Shown: positions 60,657-64,000 of the stretch, piece after piece | Position numbering within the stretch: the stretch's first letter is position 1 | How the letters are laid out: every line of letters starts with the position of its first letter | Source: Candidatus Dadabacteria bacterium | Lineage (GTDB): Bacteria; Desulfobacterota_D; UBA1144; Nemesobacterales; Nemesobacteraceae | NCBI GenBank assembly: GCA_009840385.1 | Contig: VXNX01000009.1 | Coordinates: forward strand, 101,585 to 165,584 | Length of the DNA stretch: 64,000 nucleotides | Reading direction: 5' to 3' | The notes under the pieces: generated by a model | Told to the model about the DNA's origin: nothing | The model's input: the letters and a program-made list of their open reading frames with translations, nothing else | The model's database searches: none | Made by a program: the position numbers and the translations under genes

Positions 60657-60968
60657 ATTAAAGCTGAGTTCTAAGAAAGAACACGTGTTACCACAAATAC
60701 TCTGCTTAGATATCCTCGCATATACGCTGATAACGTCTTAAATCTTTCGCAAATTAAAAAGGAAGGTGGCATTTCTTCATATATCCGGTGAGAGTCTAAA
60801 ACTCCGGCAACCTCCAAATAGTTTTCTACCTGAATAAATTGTCCGGCATCCCAAGGAAGCTCGTTGAGATCATTTTTCATCAGATTCTTGTTTTCTTTTA
60901 CGACGATAACTTTTATACACTGCTCTGATGAAAAAAGCCCTAGCTTTTACAGCAGCAACTTACTGAAA

Positions 60969-62135
60969 TCAGCCAGCTCTGGCAGCTTCAACCACTTTGG
61001 ACGCGGCTTCCTTCATGTCGGCCCCGGTCTCGATGTCAAGACCCGAATTCGAAAGAATCTCCCTTCCGGCTTCAACGTTGGTTCCTTCAAGCCTGACCAC
61101 TAAGGGAACGTTTATTCCGACCTCAGCCGCGGCCTCAAGGATGCCATCGGCAATGGTGTCGCATTTCATGATGCCGCCGAAAATATTAACGAAGATGGCT
61201 TTTACGTTCTCGTCGCTCAGGATCATCTTAAATGCTTTCGTTACCTGCTCCGTAGTGGCCCCTCCTCCGACGTCAAGGAAGTTTGCGGGTTCTCCGCCGT
61301 GGTGCTTGATAATGTCCATGGTCGCCATGGCAAGCCCCGCGCCGTTAACAAGACACCCTATGTCTCCGTCAAGCTTAATGAAACTTATCCCCGCATCGCT
61401 TGCTTCAAGTTCAAGCGGATCTTCCTCGTCCCTGTCCCTTAACCCCGCGATGTCGCGGTGGCGGAAAAGCGCGTTATCATCAAAGTTAATCTTCGCGTCA
61501 AGAGCAACTATGTTTCCATCGGAGGTAAGAACAAGCGGGTTTATCTCCGCAAGGGAGCAGTCCTTTTCGATAAAAACCCGGTAAAGGGATGAAATAAACG
61601 ATACCGCCTGCCTCACAGCACCGCCCTCAAGGCCCATGAAATAAGCGATTTTCCGGCACTGGTAAGGCTGAATGCCGAGAGAGATATCGACGTGTTCCTT
61701 GATTATCTTCTCGGGAGATTTGGCCGCCACTTCCTCGATCTCAACCCCGCCTTCAGGGCTTCCCATAACGACCACTTTTTCCCGGGAGCGGTCAATCACC
61801 ATGCCGAGATAAAACTCTTTTTCTATACTGGAAGCTTCCTCGATCAGCACGCTGCCCACCGTCTTGCCCTCGGGGCCCGTCTGGTGAGTGACCAGGTTCA
61901 TGCCGATTATCTCATCCGCGGCCTCCATAGCGTCGTGGGAATTGTCAACTACCTTTATTCCCCCTCCCTTGCCCCGGCCGCCGGCGTGAATCTGGGCTTT
62001 TACCACGTATTTTGCAGAGTTAAGGGTATCGAGCACCTCCGAAACCTCATCGGCGCTGAAAACCACCTGTCCGCCCGGAACCCTGACTCCGAAATCAGAA
62101 AGAAGCTTTTTGGCCTGGTATTCGTGTACGTTCAA
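60969..62135 (-). CDS. sucC: succinyl-CoA ligase (ADP-forming) beta subunit
   Basis: [13 protein letters not shown]-terminus, ATP-grasp fold, 388 aa. Confidence 0.9.
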   Translation of the reverse strand: MNVHEYQAKKLLSDFGVRVPGGQVVFSADEVSEVLDTLNSAKYVVKAQIHAGGRGKGGGIKVVDNSHDAMEAADEIIGMNLVTHQTGPEGKTVGSVLIEEASSIEKEFYLGMVIDRSREKVVVMGSPEGGVEIEEVAAKSPEKIIKEHVDISLGIQPYQCRKIAYFMGLEGGAVRQAVSFISSLYRVFIEKDCSLAEINPLVLTSDGNIVALDAKINFDDNALFRHRDIAGLRDRDEEDPLELEASDAGISFIKLDGDIGCLVNGAGLAMATMDIIKHHGGEPANFLDVGGGATTEQVTKAFKMILSDENVKAIFVNIFGGIMKCDTIADGILEAAAEVGINVPLVVRLEGTNVEAGREILSNSGLDIETGADMKEAASKVVEAARAG

Positions 62136-62149
62136 TCTGGTGCCCTCTC

Positions 62150-62884
62150 CTATTTCCCCTTGATCTTCCTTAAAAGCCAGGAAAGCGGATCATAATACTT
62201 GTCAACCACTCTCTCCTTGAGCGGAATGATTCCGTTGTCGGTTATGTGTATGTCCTCGGGGCACACTTCAGTGCAGCATTTCGTGATGTTGCAGAATCCG
62301 ACTCCCGCCTCCTCGCGCGCGAACTCCCTCCTGTCAAGGACATCCAGGGGATGCATCTCCCGTTCGGCAATCTTTATCATGAACCTAGGCCCGGCAAACG
62401 CATCTTTTCGGTTGTGGTCGCGAAGTATGTGACAAACGTTCTGGCAGAGAAAGCACTCTATGCATTTTCGGAATTCCTGCCCCCTCTCCACATCCTCCTG
62501 GTACATGACCCACTCGGTATCTTCGGCGGGGGTAAACGGAGGAATCTTTTTGCTTACTTCGTAGTTCCACGACACGTCGGTCACGAGATCCTTTATCACG
62601 GGAAACGCCTTTATCGGGTAGACGGTAATTGTTTCGCCCTCGGCGAAACTGTCCATGCGGGTCTTACAGGCAAGCTTCGGTTTTCCGTTTATCTCGGTGC
62701 TGCAGGAGCCGCACTTGGCCGCCTTGCAGTTCCATCTTATCGCCAGGTCGCCGTCGTAGTTAGCCTGTATGTAGAAAAGCGCGTCGAGGACCACCATCCC
62801 CTCATCTACCGGGACCTCGTACTCCTTTTCCTCTCCACCCTGCGCGTCACCGCGAAAAACTCTTAGCTTGGCTACCGACATCAC
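62150..62884 (-). CDS. sdhB: succinate dehydrogenase / fumarate reductase iron-sulfur subunit
   Basis: 2Fe-2S motif [21 protein letters not shown], plus 4Fe-4S and 3Fe-4S Cys clusters ([20 protein letters not shown]). Confidence 0.85.
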   Translation of the reverse strand: MMSVAKLRVFRGDAQGGEEKEYEVPVDEGMVVLDALFYIQANYDGDLAIRWNCKAAKCGSCSTEINGKPKLACKTRMDSFAEGETITVYPIKAFPVIKDLVTDVSWNYEVSKKIPPFTPAEDTEWVMYQEDVERGQEFRKCIECFLCQNVCHILRDHNRKDAFAGPRFMIKIAEREMHPLDVLDRREFAREEAGVGFCNITKCCTEVCPEDIHITDNGIIPLKERVVDKYYDPLSWLLRKIKGK

Positions 62885-64000
62885 TTATCCTCCGTAAACA
62901 GTTTCGAAAGCTCCTCGGGCATCTCCACAATCGGCCTCGTCCCGACATCCATCGCCCCCTCCTTGAAGGAGACAATGAAATTAAGCTTGCCCCATTTCTC
63001 ATCGTCGCTCTCAGGGAAATCAACCCGGCTGTGAGCTCCCCTGCTCTCCTTCCTAGCAAGCGCGCATCTCGCAAGCGCCTCCGAAACGATCAGCATCGAC
63101 TTAAGGTCCCTGCAGAGATGCCATCCCGGGTTAAACATCACCGAGCCCTCTATCTTGAGTACTTTCGACTTCTCCTTCAGTCCCTCTATCTCGTCTATGC
63201 CCTTCTGTATGTTCTCTTCCGTGCGGAACACCCCTATGTAGAGCTGCATCACGTCCTGGAGATCCTGATGGATAGTGTAGGGGTTCTCCCCTTGCGTGTT
63301 GTTAAAAGGCTCCCTGAGCTCGTTTGCGTATCCCTCAACGAGTTCGGCGGGTATCTGTGCGTGGGATTTCCCGCTCGCGTAAGCCGCTGCTCCTTCTCCC
63401 GCCCTTTTTCCGAAAACAAGAAGATCAGAGAGGGAATTTCCGCCGAGACGGTTTGCCCCGTGCATTCCTCCTGCGACCTCGCCCGCGGCAAATAACCCCG
63501 GAACCGTGCTCGAGCAGGTATCTCCTTCAACCTTTACTCCCCCCATGACGTAATGGGTGGTCGGAAACACTTCCATCGGACCTTTCGTTATGTCTATATC
63601 GGCAAATTCCATGAACTGGTGGTACATGCTTGGAAGCTTTCGCTTTACGTAATCGGCTCCCCTGTGGGAGACGTCTAGGAACGCTCCGCCGTGGGGAGAA
63701 CCGCGGCCCTGCTCAACCTCCGTGTATATGGATCTTGCTACCACGTCGCGGGTTGAAAGCTCCATGCGCTCTGGGTCGTATCTCTCCATGAATCGCTCGC
63801 CCTCGCTGTTTGTGAGAATGCCTCCCTCTCCGCGCACCGCCTCCGTAACCAGTATTCCCCTCACGCTCGGGGGCCAGACCATCCCGGTGGGATGGAACTG
63901 TATGAATTCCATGTCTATAAGCTCCGCTCCGGCCTCATACGCCATCGCGTGGCCGTCTCCGGTGTATTCCCAGGAGTTCGAGGTGTACTTGTAGGCCTTT
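62881..64000 (-). CDS. sdhA: succinate dehydrogenase / fumarate reductase flavoprotein subunit, 5'-partial (N-terminus beyond the window end)
   Basis: MEFIQFHPTG and EAVRGEGGIL catalytic region and C-terminal helical domain. The ORF is open to the window edge. Confidence 0.9.
   Translation of the reverse strand, partial: KAYKYTSNSWEYTGDGHAMAYEAGAELIDMEFIQFHPTGMVWPPSVRGILVTEAVRGEGGILTNSEGERFMERYDPERMELSTRDVVARSIYTEVEQGRGSPHGGAFLDVSHRGADYVKRKLPSMYHQFMEFADIDITKGPMEVFPTTHYVMGGVKVEGDTCSSTVPGLFAAGEVAGGMHGANRLGGNSLSDLLVFGKRAGEGAAAYASGKSHAQIPAELVEGYANELREPFNNTQGENPYTIHQDLQDVMQLYIGVFRTEENIQKGIDEIEGLKEKSKVLKIEGSVMFNPGWHLCRDLKSMLIVSEALARCALARKESRGAHSRVDFPESDDEKWGKLNFIVSFKEGAMDVGTRPIVEMPEELSKLFTEDK

Larger units (their letters stand above)
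51500..60900. other. accessory island 2 (single-strand 6-gene restriction-modification-like operon) between rpoH and sucC
   Basis: All six genes are on the minus strand with gaps from -4 to 55 nt. Gene content is defense-type (MTase, ParB-like, SNF2, DUF3883, nuclease-helicase). GC is lower than flanking housekeeping genes. sucD is absent where expected after sucC. Confidence 0.55.

Noticed and set aside
60671-60880. 69-aa minus-strand ORF between sucC and the island-2 MTase
   Set aside because: No motif, no convincing RBS, and it lies in an AT-rich junction. Could be a real small protein, but the evidence is insufficient to call a gene.

Overview
This 64 kb window from an unidentified bacterium is dense, GC-rich housekeeping sequence (about 55% GC by eye) interrupted by two lower-GC accessory islands. 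Genes are on both strands with very short intergenic gaps.

Housekeeping backbone:
- ftsH (5'-partial at the window edge), folP, cdaA, cdaR, glmM, pdxJ, acpS, folC, and an HDAC-family deacetylase.
- A DnaD-like / DnaC-like pair, rpe, metK, ahcY, a Xer-family recombinase, an M50 protease, scpA and scpB.
- ybeY, cdsA, a purN-like formyltransferase, nfo, the pyruvoyl-dependent arginine decarboxylase pdaD, recN, proA and cysC.
- ndk, holA, rpsT, a GNAT acetyltransferase, and the pyruvate dehydrogenase genes aceE, aceF and lpdA.
- Between and after the islands: dnaK, rpoH, sucC, sdhB/frdB, and sdhA/frdA (5'-partial at the window end).

Island 1 (about 35.1-48.45 kb, roughly 40% GC, between aceE and dnaK):
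- On the minus strand, a DUF262/DUF1524 (GmrSD-like) nuclease and two TIR-domain genes.
- Divergently, a tightly packed 7-gene plus-strand operon. It encodes a SLATT-like 2TM protein, a DpdA-like transglycosylase (TGT-fold), an Ogg-type HhH-GPD glycosylase, QueC, a DUF1863 TIR-like protein, an unknown Cys-rich protein and a reverse-transcriptase-like N-terminal fragment.
- On the minus strand beyond that, a PHP-domain fused to a Rad50/SbcC-like ABC ATPase, and a Schlafen/AlbA_2 protein.

Island 2 (about 51.5-60.9 kb, between rpoH and sucC):
- A single 6-gene minus-strand operon.
- It encodes a beta-class (SPPY) DNA methyltransferase, a small unknown, a ParB-like protein, a SNF2 helicase, a DUF3883 protein and a large RecB-family nuclease fused to an SF1 helicase.

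Neither island carries an integrase or transposase. No CRISPR array, rRNA or tRNA was seen. All calls rest on motif-level reading of the supplied translations; nothing was computed beyond that.
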